DNA of 64,000 nt from Eledone cirrhosa (taxonomy: Eukaryota): contig OZ024740.1 in assembly GCA_964016885.1 (NCBI GenBank), forward strand, positions 412,114,001-412,178,000, given 5' to 3'. Numbering within the stretch: position 1 is the first letter of the stretch; every line of letters starts with the position of its first letter. The position numbers and the translations under genes were made by a program. A model generated the notes under the pieces. The model did not search any database. It saw only the letters and a list, made by a program, of their open reading frames with translations, and was not told where the DNA came from. Shown here in pieces: positions 45,006 through 59,556 of the stretch.

Positions 45006-45033
45006 TATGCATGTATCTAATTTGGTATATATG

Positions 45034-45067
<34 letters not shown>

Positions 45068-45091
45068 CATGTATCTAATTTGGTATATATG

Positions 45092-45189
<98 letters not shown>

Positions 45190-45417
45190 CATATACATAT
45201 GCATTCATTGGTGATTGTGTGACATTGTAACTTGTTTACATGTATCGTTGGCTAACAATTACCATAGATAAGAAGTGGTGTACTTTTATGCCGGGTAATA
45301 CACATAACAAGGTTTACATTAACATCGGTCCTTAAAACTTGATAATGTTGGAGGGAAACCGCCGCCGCGTCTTACGACTCTCATCAATTATCGAAACATA
45401 ACGCGACCCATCACTTA

Positions 45418-45503
45418 CCAGTCTATCTGCCCAATATTCCAGTCTATCAGCCCCATCTTCCAGTCTATCTGCCCCATCTTCCAGTCTATCAGCCCCATCT
45501 TCC
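45418..45503. repeat. 21-bp minisatellite, 4 copies
   Basis: ccagtctatc(t/a)gccccatctt. Confidence 0.9.
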
Positions 45504-45745
45504 AAGGATGGAATGAAATAAAAAATGTGGAGAGGGAAATAATTAGAAGAAGAAAAAAAAGACTGCAAATAGTGGGAAAGCCGATGAGGATGGACATATG
45601 ATATCCCGACGTGGAAACTATGAAAGATATGACATGGTTGAGAATGGAACTCAGACCACAGAGAATAAACGAATAACGTAAATTATTATAGTTTCTACGG
45701 CAGGAATAATTCCCCGGATCGCATATATGTACATAATACATAATT

Positions 45746-45912
<167 letters not shown>

Positions 45913-45941
45913 CATATATACATATATATATATACATATAC

Positions 45942-45975
<34 letters not shown>

Positions 45976-46146
45976 ATGTGTGTGAAAGGGTGTGTGTATG
46001 TGAGGGTGTGTTGGTGTGAGAGCGCGAGAGTGTTTGTGGGTGTGTGGGTTTAAGGATGTGGGTATGTGCGTGTTTGAGTGCCTGTGTTTGTGCGCGTGTG
46101 TGTGTGTATGTGAGGGTGTGTGATGGGTGGGTGTATATGTGGATGT

Positions 46147-46206
<60 letters not shown>

Positions 46207-46761
46207 ACGTTAGAAAGTATATATCTTTGTTATTGCAGCGGCAGCTGTGGTTACGATTCAATTTTGCAAAAAAAGATACGCGTTTTAAAAGACGCTACAT
46301 ATAAACATTGACTGCAATAAGCTAGAAGATGTGTAATTTCACTAGAGCCACCCCAGGAGGTGTATGAAATAAATTTAAAACAAGCCCGTAAAATACACTA
46401 ACATAGTCGACTTAAGGTTTATACAAAAATTATACATTTATTTATATATATATGTATATATATATATACATAAAATTATATACATCTCAAATAATATATA
46501 CATATATATATATAGATATATAGATATGTATATATATATAATTTGAGATGTGTGTATTCCAACATTCCAGCGCAAATGAGCAAATAATTGACGGTCATTA
46601 AAAAATCTATTGAAGAAAATCGGATAAGGTGTCCCTGGAGACAATTAGATCGAAGATCGAAGAATCGAAACTGCATGTAGAAACTGCGTGCACACACGCA
46701 CACATATATATATTTATACATGCATATATATATATATATATATATATGTGTGCGTGTGGGG

Positions 46762-46808
<47 letters not shown>

Positions 46809-47035
46809 TGTATATAAAGCACAAAGAGAGGAGGAAGACTCATACGGACATCAAAGAAATAAATGTGAATAAATAAGTCCGCAAACACGTATATGCATGT
46901 ATGAGAGCGATGTGTATGTATGTGTCGTTAAACTTTTCCCTTTAGCAGAAGTATATTGTTATATTACCCAACTAGTTGTAGGCATTTTATATATGAGTCT
47001 CTGATGAAACGGAGATCAAATCTGTATATATATAA

Positions 47036-47087
<52 letters not shown>

Positions 47088-47199
47088 GTGTCACATATAC
47101 GTTGACCATGGTTTTTGTACCTAGAAATTTCCCTAGGTACACGACTGAGCAAGATTTGTTTGTGGAAGACTCCACTCTCCACGCCACCGTCTCGTCGCA

Positions 47200-47367
47200 A
47201 CTCATTTCTACAACTGAGTGAAGTGGAATAATGTGAACTAAAGTGTCTTACGCAAGGACACAACGCGTCACCCGCTGGACCTCCCAATTGCAAGCCCAAC
47301 GGTGTAACCACTAAGCCATGCTCCTTTATATATATATATATGAAGGCGCATGGCTTAGTGGTTACAC
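47200..47367 (-). mobile_element. SINE family B fragment whose 5' 25 bp is repeated in inverted form across a short (TA)n
   Basis: gtgtaaccactaagccatgctcctt (TA)n aaggcgcatggcttagtggttacac. Confidence 0.75.
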
Positions 47368-47374
47368 TATGTAT

Positions 47375-47455
<81 letters not shown>

Positions 47456-47458
<3 letters not shown>

Positions 47459-47494
47459 TACATATAAATATTCAGATTCACTATCCGGGAGTCA

Positions 47495-47564
<70 letters not shown>

Positions 47565-47623
47565 ATATATATATATGTATATGGACTGCCGGATAGTGAA
47601 ATCTGAATATTTATATGTATAAT
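47456..47623. repeat. Inverted repeat (~45-bp arms) around (TA)n
   Basis: aaatattcagattcactatccgggagtc / gactgccggatagtgaaatctgaatattt. Confidence 0.85.
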
Positions 47624-47692
47624 ATAAAGTTACAAGTTTGTAAACATATAAATATGTTGCTAGACATTTACACACATTTATACTTGAAATAA

Positions 47693-47772
<80 letters not shown>

Positions 47773-48078
47773 GCATACACAAACATATATATACATATAT
47801 CTATATACAAATGCATACATACATACAGAAATTCAACTATTTTTGGTTACATTTACACATAGTTTTATGTTTATTGATTCATACTTTCATCTACATCCCA
47901 AGAGATACAATTATGTTCCTGTGTGACGGTAGAACAATGAAATTAAAGGATACATTTTATGATTTCCACCCACACATGCACATTACATTCGCAGACACGC
48001 TAGCACACACACATACACTCTCTCTCACACACACACAAGTACAAATAATCGAACATACATTTCCATGTAGACATATGA

Positions 48079-48138
<60 letters not shown>

Positions 48139-48145
48139 TAGAGAA

Positions 48146-48198
48146 GATCTTCTACAGGACAAGAACTGTTTCATTCATGAGAAATCATCAGGAAGCCC
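48146..48198 (-). ncRNA. Stand-alone type I hammerhead motif between (TA)n tracts
   Basis: CUUC-CUGAUGA-uUUC-ucau-GAAu-GAAA-CAG-uucuuguc-CUG-UA-GAAG. GUA cleavage triplet; U-U at the base of helix II. Confidence 0.72.
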
Positions 48199-48202
48199 AT
48201 AT

Positions 48203-48238
<36 letters not shown>

Positions 48239-48310
48239 CTATATCTATATATATATATATATATACATATATATATACACACATACATACACACACATAT
48301 ATTTTTATAC

Positions 48311-48342
<32 letters not shown>

Positions 48343-48786
48343 GCCTATGTATATATTTTTATATATATATATACACACATATATATATATATTAATCCTC
48401 TTCGCATTGTTTTGGGAAAAATTAATTAAAAATAATTAACACAAACAGAACTTCTGTTTGTAATTTCACCTTGCATCAATGATTACATGTCTATGCCCTT
48501 TATGCGAATAGAAACATACACACACCCCACGCACACATATATATATACATTTATGTGTGTGTGCGTGAGAATGTGTGTCTCTGTGTGTGCATTTATATAT
48601 ATATATATATATATATATACCTATGTATATATATATATATATATAACGAAGGAAATGTGGTAAGGAACCAGGTGGACCATAACGCACCAAAGTACTCAAT
48701 ACTATGTCCAGAATTAGCCGTCGAAACGGCTTGAGCTCAGCTGTCGGGGTCTTACTGGTTCCTATACATATATATATATATATACC

Positions 48787-48873
<87 letters not shown>

Positions 48874-49771
48874 ATACTTATATAAATATATATATATTCA
48901 TATATACAGAGGGATAGAGAGAGAGAAATCAATAGAGATAGATAAATAGATCGATCCATCGATTGATAGATAGAAACCTGTATAGACAGAGGGGTAAAAC
49001 GATACTTTTATATATATTGTGTGAGTGTGAGCGTTATAATATAAACTTAATAGACACAATCATAGACAGATGTACATATACACGCATATGTGACTGTCTG
49101 TGTGTTTGTGTGTATGTTTGCGTGCTTGTGTATGTGTGTGCTATGTGTGCTTGTGTGCGTATGGATATAGATGTTCATGTACTTGTTATATATAAAGTTT
49201 TATTTCCATACTGAAAACTGAATTTATATATATAAATATATATATATATAAATATATATATATATTTAGGTATACATCAATATATTTAAAATGATTCTTA
49301 CCTTATGATGCAATTCCTTGATCCTTTCTTCATGAAAATAAAAAAAAAGTCTCTCAATGGCCGGTTTGTTACGTTAACATACTATTCCTGTATTTTGCCA
49401 TTTGAAAAGAGACATGGTAAATCAACACAGCTAAACTAAAGCCCGACCGACAATGCAGACAGCAAGCCATCCACTAACTCAACCGACAAACCAGGCAGCA
49501 TGCTTTTTTTACTGTATGTTCCAACCATCTAGACGAACAACACGCTCGCAGACTGATAGCTTAGGAAACATAACAGCAAAGCAAGTAACAAAACGAAACG
49601 AAATCAAACATGACAATAATTATCATCCTTACCATCCGAGAATGAGAACCGAGAAACAAAGCGCCTTGATAAAAGCTGCACACTAATTCCTAACTGATTA
49701 GATGCGCACGTGTGTGCATGTGTGTTAGTTAGTACATTACGGTAATGTATATATAAATACATACATACATA

Positions 49772-49830
<59 letters not shown>

Positions 49831-49842
49831 GTATGTATGTAA

Positions 49843-49884
<42 letters not shown>

Positions 49885-49915
49885 ATATATATATATACGT
49901 ATGTATGTATGTATG

Positions 49916-49978
<63 letters not shown>

Positions 49979-50003
49979 ATATATATATACGTATGTATGT
50001 ATG

Positions 50004-50092
<89 letters not shown>

Positions 50093-50096
50093 TTAC

Positions 50097-50184
<88 letters not shown>

Positions 50185-51017
50185 CAAAATATTAACAAAT
50201 GAAAGATATTCACATAATCAAAATATATTCTTTATTATATATATTTCAAAGGTACTGTCTGCTTTTTTTTTCAGTACGTCTTTGGCGCGTGCCTCCATTT
50301 ATACACTTACATTGGCTAATGACCTAGAGAAAATTAGTTATGAAGAAACCTGGCTTATATTAGCTTTTCTTTGGTTTAACTCACTAGAAGTACTCTATAT
50401 TCCTGGCCATCCTCTAACCAAGGGTTCCATACCTGTTTTCAAGGAGGGAAACATATTTGCCAACTTTTACCGTATGTAGTGTGACCACGAGTGAGTCACT
50501 AAAACCAGCAACCTGCTGAACTCTCTCCATCATGAATTATGTGACAGCCAACACCATTTGGACATATAATGTGGTACTCAGTGTAGTGTAAGCGACAGCT
50601 AGAGACTGAGTGTTCGGGTCAACCAATACCTCTCCTTCTGTCTATCGTTTTTGTATTTGAACTCTAGAACCTTTAAAATCCACTCACCAAAAAAATCGAA
50701 CTATCATAAAAATATTGCGATTCATATATTTCACCCCAAATGGACGATCTCTATTTAAAATCATACCGAAATACATCTAAACACAAATAGATTATATAAA
50801 ATTCAAGAGGTCACTGGACATACTCCTCCAAAAAATTCCGCATAGCCCCAACGCAGGCGCACATACTTATCCAGATATGCTTCTGAAAACAATAGACCTT
50901 TCTTAGTGTGGGCCCTGATATCCATGTCATGAACGTCGCATGAACCATGATCTGAAAGACTTCTCTACGTGGTGCTGTTAAGTAATAAAAAGTCTGGATA
51001 TTCATCAAGTTTTCGGA

Positions 51018-51067
<50 letters not shown>

Positions 51068-51075
<8 letters not shown>

Positions 51076-51405
51076 ATGCTTTGGGAGGGTCATGTTGCCA
51101 ATAAGAAAGACACGCACCTGTTGCTTTCACTCCAATTTATTATAATTTAAATTTATAAATTTAAGAATTTATAAATTTCTGGTTGGTTGATTGGTTCCAC
51201 AACCATACGATTGAAGAGGTCACAGATTGTGTGACGAAAGAACTTTGACAATATATGAACAATCGTCTGGTTGTGGAACCAACCAACCAACCAGAAATTT
51301 ATAAATTCTTAAATTTATAAATTTAATTTATAATAAATTGGAGTGAAAGCAACTGGTGCGTGTGTTTTTTAGTGGCAACATTACCCTCCCAAAGCATAAC
51401 AATAT
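51068..51405. mobile_element. Fold-back element with ~140-bp inverted arms and a hammerhead core in the loop
   Basis: Loop TTGAAGA-G-GTCACA-gattg-TGTGAC-GAAA (51211-51239). Homologous to 1318-1474; starts at (TA)n. Confidence 0.85.
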
Positions 51406-52179
51406 CGGTTTCAACACAAGTTTTCAGATAAAGATTCTTGCTAAACAAATTCAGAAATGAAATATATATATATATATATATATAGGAACTAGGATTGGTG
51501 CTCTGAAATAGCGATGTATACATGAATGTATGTATAGTATATTTGGCAATATATCGTATGTTTAATTAGAAACATTTAGAAGACCATTCGCTATCAATTT
51601 TAAAGTAGTGACTATGTCACTTACTTATTTTCTGTGAAAGAAGGGAGGGAGGCTGAGAGTCTGTTTCACGCTGGTTGACATTATAGAAACTGGATTCTTA
51701 TAGAATTCCAGTAATAATCAGACGCGATTGCCGGTCCAGCAAAAAAAAAAAAATAAATAAATAAATAAATATATATATATATATATATATAGTCGGTTGC
51801 GTAGTCTTTGGTGTTATTTTTTGCCGTCGTTCAGGGCAAAGTAAGAAGAATAAGCTAGAGACTAAAGAAAGCTGAGAGGAAGACGCTAGAATACAATAAA
51901 ATACAATAAACTAAAAAAAAACTGTTTAAATGTACTATACGTGTTAGGTTTTGTTTTAAGATTAGGTGAATGTAGAGGAGTAGAAAGAGGAGTGTGTGAG
52001 AATTAGTGTTAGGGTTAGAGTTAGAATTAGGATTAGGACTATTGTTAGTAGTTACCATGAATCTACGAGCCTTGTCACTGGTTTAGTACTGTTCACTTGT
52101 TAGAGGGCGCATTAAGTTTATGGCCATTCATCAGTCTGTATTATACTATATTATTCCTGGCTTGGCGAATCCGTTACCC

Positions 52180-53620
52180 CATCGTAGTATAAGTATACGT
52201 GTTTCCATGTGTCCCCGTCACTCCAACGGTTTAGGGTAGGCACCTGCTTATTAATAAAACATGACACCGCTATTCTTAGGTCGATCGTAACTATTGGCTC
52301 CGCCAATATTTTTGTGGTTATTCTTCTTCCACATATTTCTTTGTGTTGGAACACTGCACTTGGAGGCGTCAATGTTACAAAATGTTTGAGTATTCTGTTA
52401 TGCATTTCGCGTTCCTTGGAACCAATTTATTATGCTCCGCACGCGTATTTTCAAACTAAAGAGTCTCTCAGGCATTTTTGTATTATTGTTGTTAATTCCT
52501 GTGGTAATGTATTCAGCAGGCCTCTCCATTGATGCTCTGCGTGAACTGTTGACTCAACATCCTTCCACACTTTGTTACTCGAACTGGAAGGCCTAATTTC
52601 TAATACAGTTTTTAAGACGATTGTCTCTCTATTCTCTTTTGCAAGACAGATCAATACAGACCCATCATTTATCTTTATTTAGTTTCTTTCTCATGTTCTG
52701 TCTTCTTGTTGGTGTTGTTGTTGGTCTACTAGTGTTTGTAGTTGCTATTAGGACTAGAGTTGTGTTTCGTTTTGGTGTGTGGTGTTTGTGACTGTGTTTG
52801 TCTTTGTGTTCTCTTATGCTCTCGACAACGGTTCTTAGAATACTTTCTACGTAGCCTCTCTTTAACAGTAGTTTCCTCTGTTTAAGCGGGGGGTATACAT
52901 CCCTACCTGGCCACATGGTGTTTTCTGTTTTGTGGATATGAGGAATCTCTGTGGTGAAAGACATCTTTGTTGGCTTCGTTCTCATAGAATCTGATTTTCT
53001 CCTTTCCTGAAGTTTTAGATATGTTAATTCCAGCAAACGTATGTAACTATCGGCTGTAGGGAGTTCGATGTCGAACTTGATGGTGTCGTAGAGCTCATTA
53101 AGTATCTTATATATTTCCTTCGCCTCCTCCCTGAAATGAGTTAGCATTATTGCGTCAGCTACGTATCACCGGTACAATGTGACCTATCGGTCGGAGTACA
53201 TTGCTCTTTTTCCCAGGCTTTCCATTGTTAAGCTTGCCAGGGTTTCGCTGTGTCGGAATCTCTTCGGATGGCCACAGACTTGCTTGTATCTTCTACTGTC
53301 ATACATAAAGAATGTGTTCGTTGTAGAGAATTCAAGGAGCGAATTGAGGCCTGTTAATGAAAAGTCTGCTGAGAGGCTCTGTCCAACCTCTAGGCACTTT
53401 TGAACTGAGCGTATGGCCTCAGCTGGTGTTATGCTGGTTTATATGGAGCATATTCAAGGATGCATACATATTTGTTATTTTCTATTCTCTTATTGGGGAT
53501 TTTGTGAAGGAGTTCTATCAGCTACCAGCTGTTTTGGGGTTTTGCTGGTATGTGTACAACTAGTGGTTTTAGTAGCCATGGCAGGATCTATTCTATTTTC
53601 CGGAGAGGGTATCTAGGGCA
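52180..53620 (-). pseudogene. Decayed Penelope-like element (RT C-terminus plus GIY-YIG)
   Basis: LYR*YVADA (~YxRYVDD), LNELYDTIKFDIELP, TKPTK and LRIAVSCFINKQVPTLNR (GIY-YIG tail). Degenerate CTGATGA-ATGGCCAT-AAAC just downstream (~52114-52132). Confidence 0.65.
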
Positions 53621-53664
53621 TTTACGCCTAGCCTTCTTCTTCTTATGACCAAATGCCGACGCCA

Positions 53665-53853
53665 CCGAATATTAGCAGTATCGGTAGAGGGCCGGACGCC
53701 ATGCTTTGACGCATAGAGTTACAGCCCTTTCCATTCTGAATTCAAATCCCGTCGAGGTTACTTTGCCTTTAATCCTTACGGGGTCGATAACATAATGTAC
53801 CAGTAATGTACTGGATAATTGCTGGCCTTTGCCAAAAAAGGAGAAGCAATTAT
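53665..53853 (+). mobile_element. SINE family A
   Basis: tagcagtatcggtagag...attcaaatcc...ggggtcgataa...gctggcctt. Confidence 0.85.
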
Positions 53854-54650
53854 TTATTGTAGTTACTTTTCAAAATGCTTCACATTTTTATGATAATATA
53901 TTTGCACTAAGCGGGCTATTTTTAATGGATAGACCCCACGGAATGATGCTTAGCTCATAGAAACTTAAGTAGCACATCTTCTTTGTGTAATTTGATATTC
54001 ACCTTAAATGTACAAATATTGCGAAATAATTTCTTGGAGTAGATTGAATATATTTCATTGGATAATATAGTCATTATTTGACTGGAACATATAAAAGAGC
54101 AAACTAGTGTAATTTGGACTAAAACTTCCTTTTTTACCTGCAAACATTTTACTAGCTATTTCAATTCTCAATTCTATTTGGGAAAATTGACTTTCAAATT
54201 ATGGAAAAAGAATTACTTTCATCAGACGTGTATATTTCAAATGACCACATCAGACGTATATAGTTTAAAATGACTATAACAAAGTCTTAATCGATTACAA
54301 TTAAATCAATGGTAGGATTACTATGCGCATCAAGCGCAATGGAGATTAAAAGCGAAATATATCTATCTTCCGATTGCAATTGCTACTGCGGCTGATGTGC
54401 CTATCGATTTAATTGTAAAATAAGGTTCCGATCTTTTTGTTTGTGGAACGCGCGTTACTCGTGATTAAGAACAATATACGTAGAACGAAAACTTTGGCCT
54501 CTATTTATTAATATACACACTGTGCATATTACGCAAATAAAATCAGTGTTGATCCACAAACTTAAAACCCTACATGTACTTCTTATACAAATATAGAGTG
54601 CAACAGAGCAATTCGCAGTGTGCACCACCTGGTCATGCACATATACTCGC

Positions 54651-54694
<44 letters not shown>

Positions 54695-54695
<1 letters not shown>

Positions 54696-55135
54696 AATCA
54701 GTAGAGCGTCAGACACCATGCTTTGCAGCATAGAGGTACGTCCCTTTACAGTCTGAGTTCAAATCCCATCGAAGTTAACTTTGCCTTTCATCCTTACGGG
54801 GTCGATAAAATAAAGTACCAGTAACGTACTTGGGTCGTTTAAACGACTTTCCTCTCTCCCCAAATTAGTCGCCTTGTGTCTATACTAAAAATCATTATTT
54901 TTATAGGTGCCGATGGCAGTGGATTGGCAGAATCGGTAGAGCATCGGGAAACATGCTTTGCAGCATAGAGGCACATCCCTTTACGTTATGGGTTCAAATC
55001 CCACCGAGATTAGCTTTGCTTTTCAACCTTACGAGGTCGATAAATTAAAGTACCAATAACTCACTGGTATCGATTTAATCGACATTCACCACCCCTAAAT
55101 TGCTGTCCTTGTGCTTATACTAGAAATCATTATTT
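54695..55135 (+). mobile_element. Two head-to-tail SINE family A copies (54695-54900, 54912-55135)
   Basis: Each has a gttcaaatccc B box, ctttgc.ttt and gtcgataaa..aaagtacca. Confidence 0.85.
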
Positions 55136-57221
55136 TGTAGGTGCTATGTTTATAATTGTGTTATCAAATGGTACAACATAAAGAAATGACCAAGCTTCAA
55201 TTATTCCACCCAAACAGAGTAGAACATAAGACAGTTAAGAAACACCCGCCTTATGGCAATATATAACAACTTAGCTCACAAATTAAATGTAATATCCTGG
55301 AGCCTGCAAATATATTTCATTCTTTTATAGTCCCATAGTAATAACAATAATAAGTGTAATAATTAGACAAAACTGCAGGAATTTAAAAAATCAAAGAACA
55401 TTAATAAATGATTGTGTTGCATGAAGCAGAATGAAAGTGAAGACAAATGTTTGTATAGAATATTAGAGAGTCAGAATAATCTTAGCATCGAAATTAAGTG
55501 GTCGACACTCTACTAAAAATAAAGTAATCATGTAGCCTATTAGAATATTGAGATGAACTGTCTCTTTCTTCAAACGAGAAGCATTAACAAAGCACATAAG
55601 CTTAAATCTATGAAGCAATGTTAATAGACATTATTTATCACGAAAATAATGAAGCAGTGGAATATTTAATGTAACAGAAGCAATACAAGAGACATATGCT
55701 CAACTGGATATATATGTTAGCAGATGTAATGCGAAGATCATGTGTCGCCAGGAAGGTCAATGTGAAGATATAGAAATAGAAAAAAAGGATATCATAGATA
55801 GGATGGACAATTGAAAATAAACACTTTGTAACTGCATTTTCATGAATAAACAGAAAGTATAACAGAATATAAACAATACACTTAACAGAGAAAGATGGAA
55901 AATAAGGAATGAAAAACTATTTTTCTAACCTTAGAAATATTAACATATGCCAGCAAAAAGTATGTCTCCAATTTGTATTTAATTAGAAGAAATTAGCCTC
56001 ATTTTACCTTGTAGTTATTGAGACTCATATTCGTTTTCAACAATCAGAGCCATGACCAATTACGTTCTACGTTTTCTTTATTAACTATAATGATTGAGAC
56101 TCATTTTGAACGGCATTTAGTATGAATAACTAAATATGTTAAACTGAGAATATTAAATTTATCTCAGACTTCTTCGCCAAACAAATGAAAATATTTTCAG
56201 ATATTCGAATGTATTTACTCCCCGTTGATAGAGAAATTTTGGAAACAACACGAAAATAATAGTTCTGGAAGTTGTGAAACACTCCCTAACTGAAATCTAA
56301 ATAACGTAAATTTTTTTCGGCATAAGTTATTCTGGGCGGTAGGTGAACATTTCTCACTAAAGTTTCTAAACAATGAATTAATTACATTATCAACTTGTGA
56401 AAATAATTTTGGATTGTTACACTGGAAACAAACACACATTTGTGGTAATGGCAAAAGAGCATTGCCGTCAGGCTTCGCTGCAGTATATTACTAGTTATAT
56501 TATTGTTCGTTTAAGATTGTACGGCATGGTTGGAGTGAGTTAATGGTTAAACATGGGTGTTTAAAAAAATTAACTGAATACCCCACGTCATCTAGACAAC
56601 TGTTGACGTGTTAGCGAATACGATCTGCTGTGAATAATAACAATAAAGAGCTATACTTGCAGAAAAGTGTTCTCGACAAAGAGGTTTTTTTTTAAATCTT
56701 ATCTAGAAATAGGGATTACACTGACGGCGATATTCCCTCCTTTCTTCTGTCGTTATATATTCGCTTCCATTTCCAGAACACTCGTTTCCAACTCTCTCTT
56801 CTTATTCTTCTTCCCTCCAATTCTTGTAACTGCTGCTTACACACGGTGACATTTCTGTCAGTGCTTGGACGACTCACCATCATTATGGGCCCTTTCTTCG
56901 TAGAACTACAGTCCAAACTATTTATTTGTAATTATATAAAGATTTATTTTTCTCTCCTTGTTTAAATGCACTCGTATTTTTATCAATATATTTTTTCAGT
57001 TTAAGGACATTTGTAGCACATATATACATGATTTGTGTAATTCGTTGAAAGGCTCAATTTCTCCTAGTTCTCTGTTTTGTCCCGTGTGCACTAGACGGAA
57101 TCATCCCAAATTTAATGCACCAAAACTATAAGGATTTCCAGATGATGATTGAAGAGAAGATATTGACCAGTTTTACATGTTTCCGTTGTCTTTGTCTTGT
57201 GTACATCAATTTCTTTCATTC

Positions 57222-57253
<32 letters not shown>

Positions 57254-57337
57254 ATCTTTCTCGAATGTTTCATCTCAATTACAGATATCAACTCGTGTGT
57301 ACTCACTCAATCGAGATTTTGACTAACTTTTAATGTT

Positions 57338-57383
<46 letters not shown>

Positions 57384-57709
57384 AGATTTGAATGGATACA
57401 GTTTAGTTGAAAGGAATTTATTGACACGTGTTTCTATAACAGTTACATAACCTGAAAACAGCTGCTATCTACAAAGTTTTAGTTATGCAGACATTCAATA
57501 TTTCAATGTTATTATTTACTGTCATTTCATCAGAATAATATTACTGAGGACCTATTTGGTTTTTATAGAGAATATTAGGAGGGAGGGGTGAAGTTGTTAG
57601 AAGAATAGTTGAGGGAGTGGTTTTTTGATAGCAGTGAGAATGTTTGGTGGCAGTGAGTAATTAGATTCCCATCTGTTGTTTTGACATTTTTATAGAATAT
57701 ATTATTGGT

Positions 57710-58920
57710 TTTAGCTAATTGGGTTTTAGCTAATTTCTCCCATTTTAGGGTAAACTTTTGATCGCTATCCCTGAGTGTCCAAGCTTTTTCTGCTAAAGTT
57801 GTTACATTTCTTTGGCTCTGGTGTTTTATTGAGTAAGAATGCCTATATAATCGAGATTTAAACGATGTTGCCGTTGATCCCACGTAATACCACTCGTTGC
57901 CTCCGGATTTAATGGTACACTTATAAATAATATTTTTTTCCAGGCAGTTATTGCCGAGGGGGCAGTTGTCAGGATAGGTGCAGTTACAGTTGTGTATGTT
58001 GGGTTTTCTCTGGAGTAGTATTGCGGACGAACTTAGGTGTGGTTTATTTATGTTCTGTAGTGTATTGTCTACTGTTTTTTTGGTGTTCTTTGTACTTAAG
58101 TTCTTAGTGTTTTCGTTTAACCTTCTAGTATTGATCTTTTTTATGTGTTGTTCAAGGTTTAACGCTGTAGAGTATGACAGTCTTATAGTGGTAGGGTTTA
58201 GGATTTTGTGGTATTTGTGTGATGTAGGAAAATGTCTCTTAATTATTTTAAAGAAGAGTACTGGTAAATGTGTACTAATGGAACTATTGTATTCGGGGTT
58301 ATACCATAAGTACTCTTTGCATCGCTTTCTATTAGTTTTGTTAGCTGGTTTACTGGTGTGCATACTATGGTAGTAAGTGTGGTTTGGTGTTGTGTTATTA
58401 TATCTACCTATGTGGGATTTATTTTGGGTGTTTTGATTGTTCCCATCTATATACTCTATTTTTTTGAGGTAGCCTGCTTTACTAAGGGCGTTATCGTAGT
58501 ACTCGGCGTGTTCCTTAAATACTTGTATGCTAGAAGATAGACCCGAGATTCTAAGGGAAATATTTTTAGGGATATATTTAATTATAGAGATGGGGTGGTT
58601 AGACCCAACATTTACGTATTTGAGATTTTCATTCAATTTATGAAACGGTTTAATCAAACCAGAGTTTAAATTGAGTGTGACCTCCAGGAAGTTAACTACT
58701 TTAAGGTTGTATTCATATGTTATAGTTAGTCCTATTTCGAGTAGTAGTTTTCTTATATCTTTGCGTAGTTTTTCTAGTTTTTGGTCATTTAGGTTTTTAA
58801 CTAGGAGGAGAACATCGTCGCGGTATATTCCGCCGTGGAGATTGCTGAATTTTTCCTGGAGTCTAAAGGCGATAAATAACCCCACAATATCAGTTATATC
58901 CGCCGTACTGTTATTCCGCC
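57710..58920 (-). pseudogene. Truncated PLE RT + GIY-YIG reading frame, uninterrupted
   Basis: GGIYRDDVLL, NFLEVTL, SNHP, WYNPEY, CNCxxxxxCPLxxxC, IIYKC..YYVGST..FKSRLYRH. Both ends of ORF 57575-59092 are chimeric. Confidence 0.88.
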
Positions 58921-58932
58921 GTACTGTTATTC

Positions 58933-59556
58933 TGTCATACTCTACAGCGTTAAACCTTGAACAACACATAAAAAAGATCAATACTAGAAGGTTAAACGAA
59001 AACACTAAGAACCTAAGTACAAAGAACACAAAAAAAAACAGTAGACAATACACTACAGAACATAAATAAACCACACCTAAGTTCGTCCGCAATACTACTC
59101 CAGAGAAAACCCAACGTACACAACTGTAACTGCACCTATCCTGACAACTGCCCCCTCGGCAATAACTGCCTGGAAAAAAATATTATTTATAAGTGTACCA
59201 TTAAATCCGGAGGCAACGAGTGGTATTACGTGGGATCAACGGCAACATCGTTTAAATCTCGATTATATAGGCATTCTTACTCAATAAAACACCAGAGCCA
59301 AAGAAATGTAACAACTTTAGCAGAAAACGCTTGGACACTCAGGGATAGCGATCAAAAGTTTACCCTAAAATGGGAGAAATTAGCTAAAACCCAAAGCTTT
59401 TCCAGGAGCCAAAATTTCTGCAAATTGTGTAATCTTGAGATTTATTACATAATCACACACAAGAAGAAATTGCTGAATAACAGAATTGAACGAACATTAT
59501 TCTGCCGTCACAGAACTAAAACCCTTTTTTCCCACTACAAGCCGAATATTACATAA
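58933..59556 (+). pseudogene. Inverted PLE fragment encoding the GIY-YIG C-terminus to its natural stop
   Basis: YYVGSTATSFKSR...CKLCNLE...LLNNRIE...CRHR. Positions 58933-59393 are the reverse complement of 57720-58180. Confidence 0.88.

Noticed and set aside
45418-45503. CRISPR-like repeat
   Set aside because: Contiguous 21-bp units without spacers, in a eukaryotic context with no cas genes.
45585-45625. CCGATGA-GGAT..ATCC hammerhead-like start
   Set aside because: U4 is changed and no GAAA follows the stem.
55200-56920. Possible very old LINE remnants (also 21.4-22.1, 29.9-32.1 and 61.3-62.6 kb)
   Set aside because: Strand-biased composition and vague motifs only; not supportable by eye.
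57575-59092. 505-aa ORF as an intact protein
   Set aside because: The N-terminal ~55 aa come from the antisense of the inverted copy and the C-terminus runs into the pLTR. The RT N-terminal half is missing.
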